From: Verrucomicrobiota bacterium | GTDB lineage: Bacteria > Verrucomicrobiota > Verrucomicrobiia > Opitutales > Cerasicoccaceae | Direction: 5' to 3' | Assembly (NCBI GenBank): GCA_039818205.1 | Contig: JBCBUK010000008.1 | Coordinates: 128,001-192,000 of the forward strand | DNA: 64,000 bases | Made by a program: the position numbers and the translations under genes | Shown: piece by piece, positions 1 through 9,348 of the stretch | How positions within the stretch are numbered: the first letter of the stretch is position 1 | How the letters are laid out: every line of letters begins with the position of its first letter | Notes under the pieces: generated by a model | Databases searched by the model: none | Told to the model about the DNA's origin: nothing | What the model saw: only the letters and a program-made list of their open reading frames with translations

Positions 1-1538
1 CTCTTCATTCCGACGGTCAGAAACTTGCGGTCTCGCGAATCTCCAATCACGGCGTCGGTCACCAGAATGATGAGCTTGTCAAGGTTAGCGAGAATGGCAT
101 TCAGAAACGGTAAACAGAGTGCTGCGGCGAGGATCCAAATTGCCAGTTGCGTTAGATCTTCATAGCCACGAATCGCCTGCCAATTCTCCAATGAATCCGA
201 GCCGACATAGGCTAATGCAATAATGGCATTCAGCACAAAGAAATAGAAGACGACGTGTGAAAGCGGTCGACGGGCCAACCGGGCGAACTGACTGCGTCCA
301 ATGTAGCGGCCCACGGCATCCAGCATACTCTCATAAATTCGGGTAGTTCGGCGCAACACGTCTGGGCAATGATCCGTAATGGTTGCATAGAGCTGCTGAG
401 GCTTCGCGTTAATCAGCGGCATGACCATGTAGGTGACGATGGCGAGACCGACGGTCATACTCGTCAGTGCCTCGCTCGTTGATCCCAAGGCATAGCCCGT
501 TGCGGCTAAGATGAAACCGAACTCCCCCACACTGGCTTTTGGCAGTGCGGCTTTAAATCCCGTTTCCGGGCTCGCACCTCCAAGGAAAAAGCCAAGCCAA
601 CACGCGCCTAGTTTGCCGACAATGACCAGGAGCGCAATGCCGACCACTGCTAAGAAATTTTCTAAGATCCAAAAGGGATCAATCAACATACCAATCGTGA
701 CAAAAAACACTGCGCAAAACAGATCGCGGAACGGCTCGGTCACCCGTTCTATTTCTTTGGATAGTGAGCTCTGGGCGAGAATCGCCCCGGCTAGGAATGC
801 TCCCAGCGCCACTGAAAGGTGTAAATAGTCCGCGAACCATCCGACAGCCAAAACCGTTGCGACTGAGACAAGGGTAATCAGCTCGACGCTACCTGCCTGC
901 TTCAAAAATTCAGTAAGTCGACTCGCGACTAATCGCCCGAAGAAATAAACACCGACCACGAAAACACCGATCACGAAAATCGTTTCCGGAGCGCGTGCCC
1001 ATTCAAACTCACCCGACAAGCCAACTCCGCTCAATATCACGAGCAATAAGACTGCAACAAGGTCCTCGAATACCAGTATGCCAACGGCTAACTGAGCCTG
1101 GACACTATTTAGTCCACCGCGATCTCGCAACAGGCGAATTGCGACCATCGAAGCCGAGTTGGTCAAAACTGCGCCGAGAAAAATGCTTTCAATCGGAGAA
1201 TACCCGACCAAGGGCCCACAAAGCATACCAATGAAGAAGGCTAAGGCTGTTTGGAGGGAGACCGCAATCAGCGCGGGCCAGAAAACCCGCTGGACCCGAG
1301 CCATGTCAAAACCCAAGCCGATCGTGAACATCAGGAAAACGACCCCGAGCTGGCTCAGCTGATTGATTGACTTCGCGTCTTTGAGGTTCGGCAAATCCGG
1401 CACTGCTGGACCGATCAATAGACCTGCCATGAGAAACCCAAGAATTACTGGAAGTCTCAGTATATGAAAAACAACCGTCACGCCAGCAGCTACGGAAACC
1501 ACCAGCGCGAGATCTCGCATGATCGCACCCTCTTCCAC
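1..1538 (-). CDS. CPA2-family cation:proton antiporter, 3' end truncated by window edge
   Basis: Not in the ORF track. Manual minus-strand translation from GTG 1538 (or ATG 1520) is open to the edge: MRDLALVVSVAAGVTVVFHILRLPVILGFLMAGLLIGP...LGVVFLMFTIGL...GILVFEDL...LGAFLAG...PFRDLFCAVFFVTIGMLIDP...GEFGFILA, all CPA2 motifs. Confidence 0.9.
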   Translation of the reverse strand, partial: MEEGAIMRDLALVVSVAAGVTVVFHILRLPVILGFLMAGLLIGPAVPDLPNLKDAKSINQLSQLGVVFLMFTIGLGFDMARVQRVFWPALIAVSLQTALAFFIGMLCGPLVGYSPIESIFLGAVLTNSASMVAIRLLRDRGGLNSVQAQLAVGILVFEDLVAVLLLVILSGVGLSGEFEWARAPETIFVIGVFVVGVYFFGRLVASRLTEFLKQAGSVELITLVSVATVLAVGWFADYLHLSVALGAFLAGAILAQSSLSKEIERVTEPFRDLFCAVFFVTIGMLIDPFWILENFLAVVGIALLVIVGKLGACWLGFFLGGASPETGFKAALPKASVGEFGFILAATGYALGSTSEALTSMTVGLAIVTYMVMPLINAKPQQLYATITDHCPDVLRRTTRIYESMLDAVGRYIGRSQFARLARRPLSHVVFYFFVLNAIIALAYVGSDSLENWQAIRGYEDLTQLAIWILAAALCLPFLNAILANLDKLIILVTDAVIGDSRDRKFLTVGMK

Positions 1539-1703
1539 AGAGTCGAAGATTGGCGTTAGATGATTGGCCATTCAACGCTGAACTGCGGGTCTCCAGCTAC
1601 GAATTCGTCAATTTGAAGCTCAATTTGTCTCCAAATGGAGATAATGGTGCCCGTAGGGACGTTTCGTTTTGACAAATTCCGAAATCGCGTGCCTTTATCG
1701 ATC

Positions 1704-2711
1704 GTGCTGAATTTTTTCACCAACGACATTGGGATCGACTTGGGCACCGCCAACTCCCTCGTATTTGTCAGGGACAAGGGTATTGTCCTGCGGGAGCCTT
1801 CGGTGGTTGCTGTCTACAACAACACGAAGAAGGTCCGAGCAGTCGGAATTGAGGCGAAGCGGATGCTTGGACGAACTCCAGGCAACATCACCGCCCTTCG
1901 CCCCATGAAAGATGGCGTCATTGCTGATTTTGAAATCACCGAAGCAATGCTTCGCCACTTCATTCAGAAGGTTGCCCACAACACCAAGTTTGTTCCCCCC
2001 CGGGTCGTCGTTGCGGTTCCTAGTGGAATCACTGAGGTGGAGCGCCGCGCGGTTAAGGAATCAGCGATTCATGCTGGTGCCCGGGAGGTGCTTCTCTTGG
2101 AAGAACCGATGGCTGCCGCTATTGGTGTTGGTCTCCCGATCGAAGAACCAGCCGCAAACATGATCGTCGATATTGGCGGCGGCACGACTGAGGTCGCCAT
2201 TATTTCCCTGGCTGGGGTCGTCTTTACGCGTTCGCTCCGCGTTGGTGGTGACGAAATGGACAATGCGATCATTGCCTACATGAAGCGCGCTTACAATTTG
2301 ATGATTGGTGAACGCACCGCGGAAGAAATCAAGATCCGCGTGGGTTCCGCTTATTCGCTGGAAGAAGAACTTTCGATGGAAGTGAAGGGTCGCGATTCCG
2401 TGGCCGGTCTTCCAAAAACATTGCACATAACCTCCCAGGAAGTCCGTGAGGCCTTGGCCGATGTTTTCAATTCGATCATTGAAGTGGTTCGTTCCGCCCT
2501 TGAGCGCTGTCCACCAGAGCTCTCGGCTGACTTAGTAGACCGGGGAATTGTTCTCGCTGGTGGTGGTTCAATGATTCGGAACCTCGACAAACTGATCAGC
2601 GAAGCTACGGGATTACCCGTGATTCTCGCGGAGGATCCTCTGTCCGCCGTGGCGAACGGAACTGGCATTGTCCTACAGGACTTGAGCTGGTGGCTACGAG
2701 ATGCCTCCTAG
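1704..2711 (+). CDS. mreB: Rod shape-determining protein MreB
   Basis: [37 protein letters not shown] and GIVLAGGG motifs. Likely start is GTG 1704 rather than the track start at 1635. Confidence 0.97.
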   Translation: MLNFFTNDIGIDLGTANSLVFVRDKGIVLREPSVVAVYNNTKKVRAVGIEAKRMLGRTPGNITALRPMKDGVIADFEITEAMLRHFIQKVAHNTKFVPPRVVVAVPSGITEVERRAVKESAIHAGAREVLLLEEPMAAAIGVGLPIEEPAANMIVDIGGGTTEVAIISLAGVVFTRSLRVGGDEMDNAIIAYMKRAYNLMIGERTAEEIKIRVGSAYSLEEELSMEVKGRDSVAGLPKTLHITSQEVREALADVFNSIIEVVRSALERCPPELSADLVDRGIVLAGGGSMIRNLDKLISEATGLPVILAEDPLSAVANGTGIVLQDLSWWLRDAS

Positions 2712-2923
2712 CGGGTGTCGTTACTGGCCAACTAGTCAGCCAGTAGTGACAGCCATTCACCCGTTCGACTAGCGGATCTCCCGGTCGGTATGTGGTTCCG
2801 CATTTTGCTCTTCGCCCCGGTCAACTCAATCGAGCTCCTGCGTAATTGAGCAATTATGGCTTGTCTAAAACGAGGGGAAGGACCTTCTTGAATGTTTCAA
2901 ACCACCAATAATTGCAATCGTCT

Positions 2924-3784
2924 ATGAAATTCCTTCGTCAGCTGAAGCCAATCATTGTGCTGCTGCTGTTTTTAGCGATCTGGTGGTTTCTGCCGACGGT
3001 CATCAAAAGAGTGGGCAAATCGGGATTCTACGAATTCCAGGCTCCTGTGATTGCGGTCCAGGGCTATGCTAAGGATCTGCAGTCATATTGGGCTTTGCGG
3101 ACGCGGACAAATCGAGAACTGATCGAAGCTGGACGGGATCTAGCACGGATCAATTCTACATACGAAATCGCGCGGCAGGAAAACAGTGTAAAAGATGAAG
3201 AGATTGCCCGCTTGGAGCGCTTGCTAAACTTACCCTCTCGTGCCGAATACCATTATGAAGTCTCCCGTGTGGCCCAGCGCGATATTTCCGCGTGGTGGCA
3301 TCAGATGATCATCCGGAAGGGCAAAAATTATAACATCCCAGTCGGGGCTGCTGTCATTTACGGCGGTGGTGTTGTTGGCCGGGTTCGGGAGGTGCACAGC
3401 TACACCGCGGTGGTGGAACTCGTGAGTAGCCCCGGTTTTAGAATGGCAGCAAACGTTGTTGGGGAGGCTGCACCGGTCACCTATATTGGAGTGCCCAACC
3501 CCCCGTTTAGTCCGCCTCGTGGCGAAGCGTTAAATGTACCTCCGACCATTTCAGTATCCCCAACCGAACCCCGCAAGCTAGTTTCGTCGGAGCTCGGCGG
3601 TATCTTTCCGGCCGGATTGACCATCGGTGAGATTACGGCGCTTGAGCCTGGGTCGGATGGCTATTTTCAGAAGGGAACCGTTCGCCTCAGCCTACAGCTT
3701 GCTTCTCTCCGCGAAGTTGCCGTGGTTATTCCTTACGGCCAATCCCTCGCTTTTGAGGAGGATATCGAAGACGATGGAAATTGA
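2924..3784 (+). CDS. mreC: Rod shape-determining protein MreC
   Basis: N-terminal TM helix, coiled coil, GVVGRV and SSELGGIFPAGLTIGEI motifs; follows mreB. ATG 2924 chosen. Confidence 0.9.
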   Translation: MKFLRQLKPIIVLLLFLAIWWFLPTVIKRVGKSGFYEFQAPVIAVQGYAKDLQSYWALRTRTNRELIEAGRDLARINSTYEIARQENSVKDEEIARLERLLNLPSRAEYHYEVSRVAQRDISAWWHQMIIRKGKNYNIPVGAAVIYGGGVVGRVREVHSYTAVVELVSSPGFRMAANVVGEAAPVTYIGVPNPPFSPPRGEALNVPPTISVSPTEPRKLVSSELGGIFPAGLTIGEITALEPGSDGYFQKGTVRLSLQLASLREVAVVIPYGQSLAFEEDIEDDGN

Positions 3785-4304
3785 TCTACGTTGGCCGGTG
3801 ATCTTTCTCGCGAATGCGTTGCTGATCGCCTTGGTACGCATGGTCAATGACGCATTGGCTCCGTACGGCATTTATTTAGTCCTGACCGCACTTCTGCTAA
3901 TTGTGCCGGCACTCCATCTACCGCCACGATGGGGAATACTCCTTTCCTTCGGCACTGCCCTCCTCTACGGTGCGCCATACCTCGATGACATCACGCCCCT
4001 GATGTTCGTCTTCGGATTGGGTTACGTAATTTTTCGTCAATTCGGCAGCCAACTTCGACGGTTCCGTCGGGCGCAGTTGCTAACTTCTTTGGTAGTGGCG
4101 AATACCTTGCTCGTCATTTTGCAAGGGTTCCTCTTCTCGGATACGAATCCTGGATCAAACCTCGTCTATATGCAACGGGTGGTCAGTGACTCGCTTTTGT
4201 CCGCTGTGGTTCTCTATCCGGTCGGGTATTGGTTCATCGACCTACAATATACCTGCCTCGTATTACTCGGAGTCGATCCACGAGCAGATGATCCGCCGGA
4301 GTGA
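3774..4304 (+). CDS. mreD: Putative MreD-like integral membrane protein
   Basis: About 176 aa, very hydrophobic (5-6 TM), overlaps the mreC stop. Assignment rests on synteny and size. Confidence 0.6.
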   Translation: MEIDLRWPVIFLANALLIALVRMVNDALAPYGIYLVLTALLLIVPALHLPPRWGILLSFGTALLYGAPYLDDITPLMFVFGLGYVIFRQFGSQLRRFRRAQLLTSLVVANTLLVILQGFLFSDTNPGSNLVYMQRVVSDSLLSAVVLYPVGYWFIDLQYTCLVLLGVDPRADDPPE

Positions 4305-4368
4305 TATTGCACGTGTCTAGTCAGCCTTCAAACTTGACCTGCAGAAACTAGGAATTTATTTCTGGTAT

Positions 4369-6891
4369 ATGCCCCGCTTATATCTCCTTGTTGTATTATT
4401 GGTTTCTTTTCTAAACGAATCAACGGCCACCTGGTACTATGTTTCTCCGGATGGAAGTGATTTTGGCCCCGGTTCTTCGAGTGAGCCCTTCGCCACCATT
4501 CAAAAAGCCGCTTCGGTGATGAGCTCGGGCGACGTCTGCCAGGTGCGCGCTGGCGTTTATCGCGAAAGTGTCGATGTGAATGTCAACAGCGTGGCTTTCG
4601 TCGCCGAGGAAGGTGCTCGAGTTGTCCTATCCGCATTTGACCCCGTCGAGATCTGGAACGTGCATAGTGGCTCAATCTACGTCGCTCAATTGCCCTCAGA
4701 TCTCGGTGACGAAAATCTCGTCATGTATAATGGCCAGATGATGCAATTGGCCCGCTGGCCCAATAAGACGAATTTGAACCCGTTTGATATTGAAGCCTAT
4801 GCGGTCACGGGTGGATCTTCAACCAATCTCGCCCACCCGGATATTCCCGATTGGGCCTGGGAGAATGGCGGAGTTGTTTTCTTTTTGGGTAAGAACCGTT
4901 GGACCTCCTGGCGAAGACCGATCACCGGTGCAAATGCTGGGAACGTCTTTTTCAGCACGCTTCCGGACACCTGGGACTACGCAAGCTTTCACAATCCAAG
5001 CGGCGGTGGCGAATTCTACCTGCAGAACATTCTGGAAGCGCTCGATACCGAGGGAGAGTGGTATATCGACCGGGCCCAGAATCGGGTTTACTTCTGGCCA
5101 CCCGGTGGCGGAACACCATCTGACGGCGAGACTTTGGTTCGGATGCGCACCGAAGCCTTTGACCTGTCGAATCGCACCGGTGTCTCGATTGAAGGCTTTA
5201 TCATTGAAGGCGGCAGTATAAATCTCAATTCGGCCAGCTTTTGCCGTATCCTGAATTCGCGAATCTACTACGGAAATCACACGATTGCCTCCGACTCATC
5301 GGCAAACGTTAGCCAAGCTACCATTCGTTTGAATGGCGGCTCCAACGACAATTTAATCCAAGGGAATGACATTCAGTGGGGCGCGGCCAATGGTGTTATT
5401 CTCAACGGTTCAAACAACCGACTCGACAATAACTACATTGGAAATTTCAACTACCTGGCCAGCTACGCCTGCCCGGTCGAGCTCGCGGGCGCCAACGCAA
5501 TCATCCGCAACGAAATTTTCAATGGGGGGCGGGATCTCATCCGCCGAGGAGGCAGCGGCGCGGAGATCGGCTACAATGACTTACACCATTCGAATCTGAT
5601 CAACGATGACTGTGGCGCGATATATACCTGTTGTGGAAGTTTCGGATACACGCGAATCCATCATAACTGGATCCATGATCTAAACTCGCGGGATACGGTC
5701 TTCGCTAAGTACAAGGCCACCGGCATCTATCTGGATAACTCGAGTAAGCAGGTTGTGGTCGACCACAACGTCATCTGGAATGTCGAATGGGGCTGCATCA
5801 CGATTAATTGGGAAGGCGAAGACCTTCTCATTTACAACAACACGCTATGGAGCAATGAGGGTCCAAATAGTTCGTCGATGGCGCGTTGGGTAAACGGCTT
5901 TAGCCTGATCAATGTCCAACTCTACAACACCCTGGCAAATCAGAATGAGTTCCACTCTACTGACATGCAAAACACGTGCAGCCTATCCTTAGATGCGGAC
6001 CCCTTCGAAGACTTTGCGAATCAAAATTTCGTCCCCTTGGCTGGCAGTTGCCCTGAGGATGCCGGGATTAATATCCCGGGCTACACAACGATCATTGTTG
6101 ATGGCGAACCAGATATCGGGGCATACGAGCGAGGATCAACACCGTGGATTCCTGGTCCGACGTGGGAGATTGATGAACTGTTTGATTCATCAACGATGCT
6201 GGTATCGGAATTCGAGTCGGCACCAAATGTTTTGAAGCTAATGGGAACCGGCCTGACCCCCGGAGTTCGCTACGGTTTATGGCAATCAACCGACCTATTA
6301 ACTTGGGATATCGTTAGTCAATACATGGCTCCTCCCGGTGGAAGCTACGACATCGAAGAGGAAATCAATGGCAGTGGTAAGGAATTTTATCGGATGACTT
6401 GGCCTTTCATCGAACCCGGAACTGGCTTGATCAATTTCGGCGAGTTCGACGAGAACAACCACAATGATCAAGTATCGATAACCGGAGTGTTGACTCGCGG
6501 GCTACCGGACGGGCTAACGGCGACGATTGGCGGCGATAGCCAAGGCTTTGGAGTGAGTTCAAACAACGCCTTCCCCTCGCCGGTAAGCGCACCCACTCTC
6601 TTTGTCTTTGGTGATGGAACCGGAAGTAGTCTGCAGTTTAACACGGATGTCGAAGTGCCTTCCCTATGGGTAACGTCGCCCAGTTGGGCATTGGCGAATG
6701 ACCCGAATGGGGAGCAAAAGATCACGGGAAAAAAAGGTGGCGTTGTCGTCTGGTCGTTCACGAACACCGATAGCAGCACCGATTTTTTCGAGGTGACCGC
6801 GGGTGCTGGATTGGCAATAGACGAACTGGTAGTCTACCCCAAATGGATCGGTGTCGATAATATCACCGTTGAGTATGCGGCTGATATTTAA
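4369..6891 (+). CDS. Secreted right-handed parallel beta-helix protein, probable polysaccharide-active enzyme
   Basis: Signal peptide; YYVSPDGSD..GS...PFATIQKAA N-terminus; GVYRE; Asn-rich PbH1-like repeats with DCGAIYT and GIYLDN; PDIGAYE terminal motif; extra C-terminal domains. Confidence 0.8.
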   Translation: MPRLYLLVVLLVSFLNESTATWYYVSPDGSDFGPGSSSEPFATIQKAASVMSSGDVCQVRAGVYRESVDVNVNSVAFVAEEGARVVLSAFDPVEIWNVHSGSIYVAQLPSDLGDENLVMYNGQMMQLARWPNKTNLNPFDIEAYAVTGGSSTNLAHPDIPDWAWENGGVVFFLGKNRWTSWRRPITGANAGNVFFSTLPDTWDYASFHNPSGGGEFYLQNILEALDTEGEWYIDRAQNRVYFWPPGGGTPSDGETLVRMRTEAFDLSNRTGVSIEGFIIEGGSINLNSASFCRILNSRIYYGNHTIASDSSANVSQATIRLNGGSNDNLIQGNDIQWGAANGVILNGSNNRLDNNYIGNFNYLASYACPVELAGANAIIRNEIFNGGRDLIRRGGSGAEIGYNDLHHSNLINDDCGAIYTCCGSFGYTRIHHNWIHDLNSRDTVFAKYKATGIYLDNSSKQVVVDHNVIWNVEWGCITINWEGEDLLIYNNTLWSNEGPNSSSMARWVNGFSLINVQLYNTLANQNEFHSTDMQNTCSLSLDADPFEDFANQNFVPLAGSCPEDAGINIPGYTTIIVDGEPDIGAYERGSTPWIPGPTWEIDELFDSSTMLVSEFESAPNVLKLMGTGLTPGVRYGLWQSTDLLTWDIVSQYMAPPGGSYDIEEEINGSGKEFYRMTWPFIEPGTGLINFGEFDENNHNDQVSITGVLTRGLPDGLTATIGGDSQGFGVSSNNAFPSPVSAPTLFVFGDGTGSSLQFNTDVEVPSLWVTSPSWALANDPNGEQKITGKKGGVVVWSFTNTDSSTDFFEVTAGAGLAIDELVVYPKWIGVDNITVEYAADI

Positions 6892-7058
6892 CGCCTATGT
6901 GGCCTCCATTGCCGAATCATTGAAATATTGGTAAGGTAGGAAGCCCTAACACCGGGTTTAGTTAGCTAATAAGCGGTGGTCATTAAGGCTACGTTAATGA
7001 TCATTGTGTTAGGCTAGGCGCAAAACCAAACGATGCACACTTGTAAGAATTCGTAGCC

Positions 7059-7283
7059 ATGAGTCACCGATCAATAGATATATCGCCAGCTAGCCGGCGA
7101 AACGAAAAAGCTGTGGGCTTTAACCCGGTCAACTTTATTCGAAAAGATTCCTACCGTCTTCTAATTGGCCTCGTGGTGTTGGCGCTACTGTGGTTGTTCA
7201 TTACCACAACAAGCCAGTCCAACACCGGAGCCACCCAACTAGAAACTGAGGAAGAACCAGTAACCGTCTTTGAGGAGAAATAG
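7059..7283 (+). CDS. Small single-TM hypothetical protein
   Basis: 74 aa ORF filling an intergenic gap, with one hydrophobic stretch and an acidic tail. Confidence 0.4.
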   Translation: MSHRSIDISPASRRNEKAVGFNPVNFIRKDSYRLLIGLVVLALLWLFITTTSQSNTGATQLETEEEPVTVFEEK

Positions 7284-7304
7284 CTGTAAGCGAAGTCGTC
7301 CGCT

Positions 7305-7664
7305 TTATGATGCTTGTTCCTGAATTGATAAACTTTTAGCAAAAAGCCAGGCCTGAAAAATCGGGATCAACAACATCGCCTGAAGCCAAGTTAGACAGCC
7401 GCACAATAGTTCACTGTAAGGGGACAACATGGCGAAGCCAATTGGCACCAAGCCAATGATCGCCAGAAACAAGGCCCACGGAATCATTCGTCGCGCCCCA
7501 TACTCGTTGATCCGGTACCAATTCTCCTCACTGGAAAAGCTTTCGCGAAATCGGAAACCATACCACCGATTCGGCCCAATTTTATGCGCAACAAGGGGTT
7601 TACTCAGCAAGACGATGGCGATTCCGGTCACACTATAGCAGAGCCCAATGACGAAATTGATCAT
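7305..7664 (-). CDS. SdpI/YfhL-family membrane protein
   Basis: KIGPNRWYGFRFRESFSSEENWYRIN matches the SdpI pattern N.wyG.R...t..s.e.W...N; three TM segments. Confidence 0.75.
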   Translation of the reverse strand: MINFVIGLCYSVTGIAIVLLSKPLVAHKIGPNRWYGFRFRESFSSEENWYRINEYGARRMIPWALFLAIIGLVPIGFAMLSPYSELLCGCLTWLQAMLLIPIFQAWLFAKSLSIQEQAS

Positions 7665-7733
7665 GCTATTATTTTAGCATACAAAATTCCAGCGTCCAGT
7701 TCGATAGCGCAATTTCTTTGTCACCAAACGGTT

Positions 7734-7766
7734 GAGCCTGATACCGAATACAGCAGTATCAGGCTC
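7734..7766 (-). terminator. Perfect 11-bp hairpin downstream of the CoA-transferase gene (terminator or stability hairpin)
   Basis: GAGCCTGATAC-N11-GTATCAGGCTC about 33 nt past the stop; the U-tract is weak. Confidence 0.5.
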
Positions 7767-7798
7767 CGGTCTTTATGACCCAACCGAACGACAAAAAA

Positions 7799-9307
7799 TC
7801 AAGCGCAGCCGCATGACCAATCAACCTTGCGCATGTCCCCCTTGCTCAAGAAGGCTTGGTGCATTGAGTAGGCCAAAGCCAGACTCTGAGGCGTGTGCCC
7901 GTCTTTGACGGATTCCATGTATCGCGTTAGTTCGTCTCGGTATTCTGGGTTCGAACACTTGTCGATGATCGCCAATGCGCGCTCGTGCGGATCTTTGCCC
8001 CGGAGGTCAGCAATGCCTTGGTCGGTGATAACGACCTGAACGCTATGCTCACTATGATCGAGGTGACTCACAAGCGGAACAATGGTGCTAATGGCTCCGC
8101 CTTTCGCCACTGACGGGCACGTGAAAATCGAAATGAAGGCATTGCGGGTGAAATCACCGGATCCTCCAATGCCATTCATCAGGTCCTTGCCCATCACGTG
8201 AGTGCTATTGACGTTGCCAAAGATATCGAGCTCGATGGCGGTATTGATGGATATGATTCCCAGCCGCCGGACGATCTCTGGGTGATTCGAGATTTCTTGC
8301 GGTCGAAGTAGCATACGGTCCTTGAAAAACGAAAGATCCTGATAGACCTCGTTGAGCATATCCGGGCTCAGTGTCAGTGACGTTGCGCTACCAAATTTGA
8401 TTTTGTCTTCACGAATCAAGCCGATCACTGAGTCTTGGATAACCTCGGAATACATCTCGAACGCAGGGATGTCTGGGTGGCTCCCCATCGCTCCGAGTAC
8501 CGCATTCGCGACATTGCCCACACCGGACTGAATCGGAAGGAAACCTTCCGGTATTCGTCCGACCGCAAGTTCTTCGGCCAGGAACTTCGCAACATTGTCA
8601 CCAATGCGCAAGGTTGCTTCATCGGGTTCTTTAAACTGGCCGACTTCGTCGGGAAGATTGGTTCGCACAATCCCGGCAATTTTTGATGGGTCGACTTTAA
8701 GCACCTCAGATCCAATTCGCCCAGAGCAATCAGTCAGCGGAATTGCTTCGCGATGCGGTGGATCCAAGGGCTCATAAATGTCGTGAAGCCCACGAAGTTG
8801 CTTTGGGTGTGCTTCATTGATTTCGATAAGAATTTTGTCGGCGACGCGGCAAAAAGTCGGAGTTGCCCCAACGGAAGTGGTCAATACGATCTCGCCGTCG
8901 GCAGAAACATCGCAGGCTTCGACTACCGCAAACTTAAAACCTCCAAGGAAGCCATACCTCACATTCTGAGGCAGCATGGACAGGTGCATATCAAAGAAGC
9001 GGGTTTTACCGGCATTGATCGACTTCCGCAAAAATCGGTCTGATTGATACGGAGTGCGCCAGGCAACGGCCTCTGCGCGTGCGAGTTCACCATCCAGTGA
9101 ATCACCAGTCGAGGCACCAGTTACCACCCCTATCTTGAACGGGCGACCGCCGTCGTGTTCGGCCCTAGCCCGTTGGGCAAGGGCTCGGGGGATCGCCTTG
9201 ACCGCGCCAGCTGGTGTGAAACCGCTGAAGCCAATCGTGTCCCCATCGTTGATCATTGCTGCAGCCTCTTCGGCTGATATTTCAGGAATTGCAGTCATTG
9301 TCGCCAT
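7799..9307 (-). CDS. scpC: Succinate CoA-transferase (propionyl-CoA:succinate CoA-transferase, ScpC/AarC family)
   Basis: SGFTPAG, TGASTG, LPIQSGVGN, YSEVIQD, GNVNSTH, NGIGGSGDF and DHSEH motifs; lies in the methylmalonyl-CoA cluster. Confidence 0.9.
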   Translation of the reverse strand: MATMTAIPEISAEEAAAMINDGDTIGFSGFTPAGAVKAIPRALAQRARAEHDGGRPFKIGVVTGASTGDSLDGELARAEAVAWRTPYQSDRFLRKSINAGKTRFFDMHLSMLPQNVRYGFLGGFKFAVVEACDVSADGEIVLTTSVGATPTFCRVADKILIEINEAHPKQLRGLHDIYEPLDPPHREAIPLTDCSGRIGSEVLKVDPSKIAGIVRTNLPDEVGQFKEPDEATLRIGDNVAKFLAEELAVGRIPEGFLPIQSGVGNVANAVLGAMGSHPDIPAFEMYSEVIQDSVIGLIREDKIKFGSATSLTLSPDMLNEVYQDLSFFKDRMLLRPQEISNHPEIVRRLGIISINTAIELDIFGNVNSTHVMGKDLMNGIGGSGDFTRNAFISIFTCPSVAKGGAISTIVPLVSHLDHSEHSVQVVITDQGIADLRGKDPHERALAIIDKCSNPEYRDELTRYMESVKDGHTPQSLALAYSMHQAFLSKGDMRKVDWSCGCA

Positions 9308-9348
9308 GAAATTTAGGGGTTTGTCGTCGAATAATTATGTAATGAATC

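Noticed and set aside
511..1575. Short ORFs listed in the track over the first 1.5 kb
   Set aside because: They are shadows of the minus-strand CPA2 antiporter gene, which the track missed because it runs off the edge.
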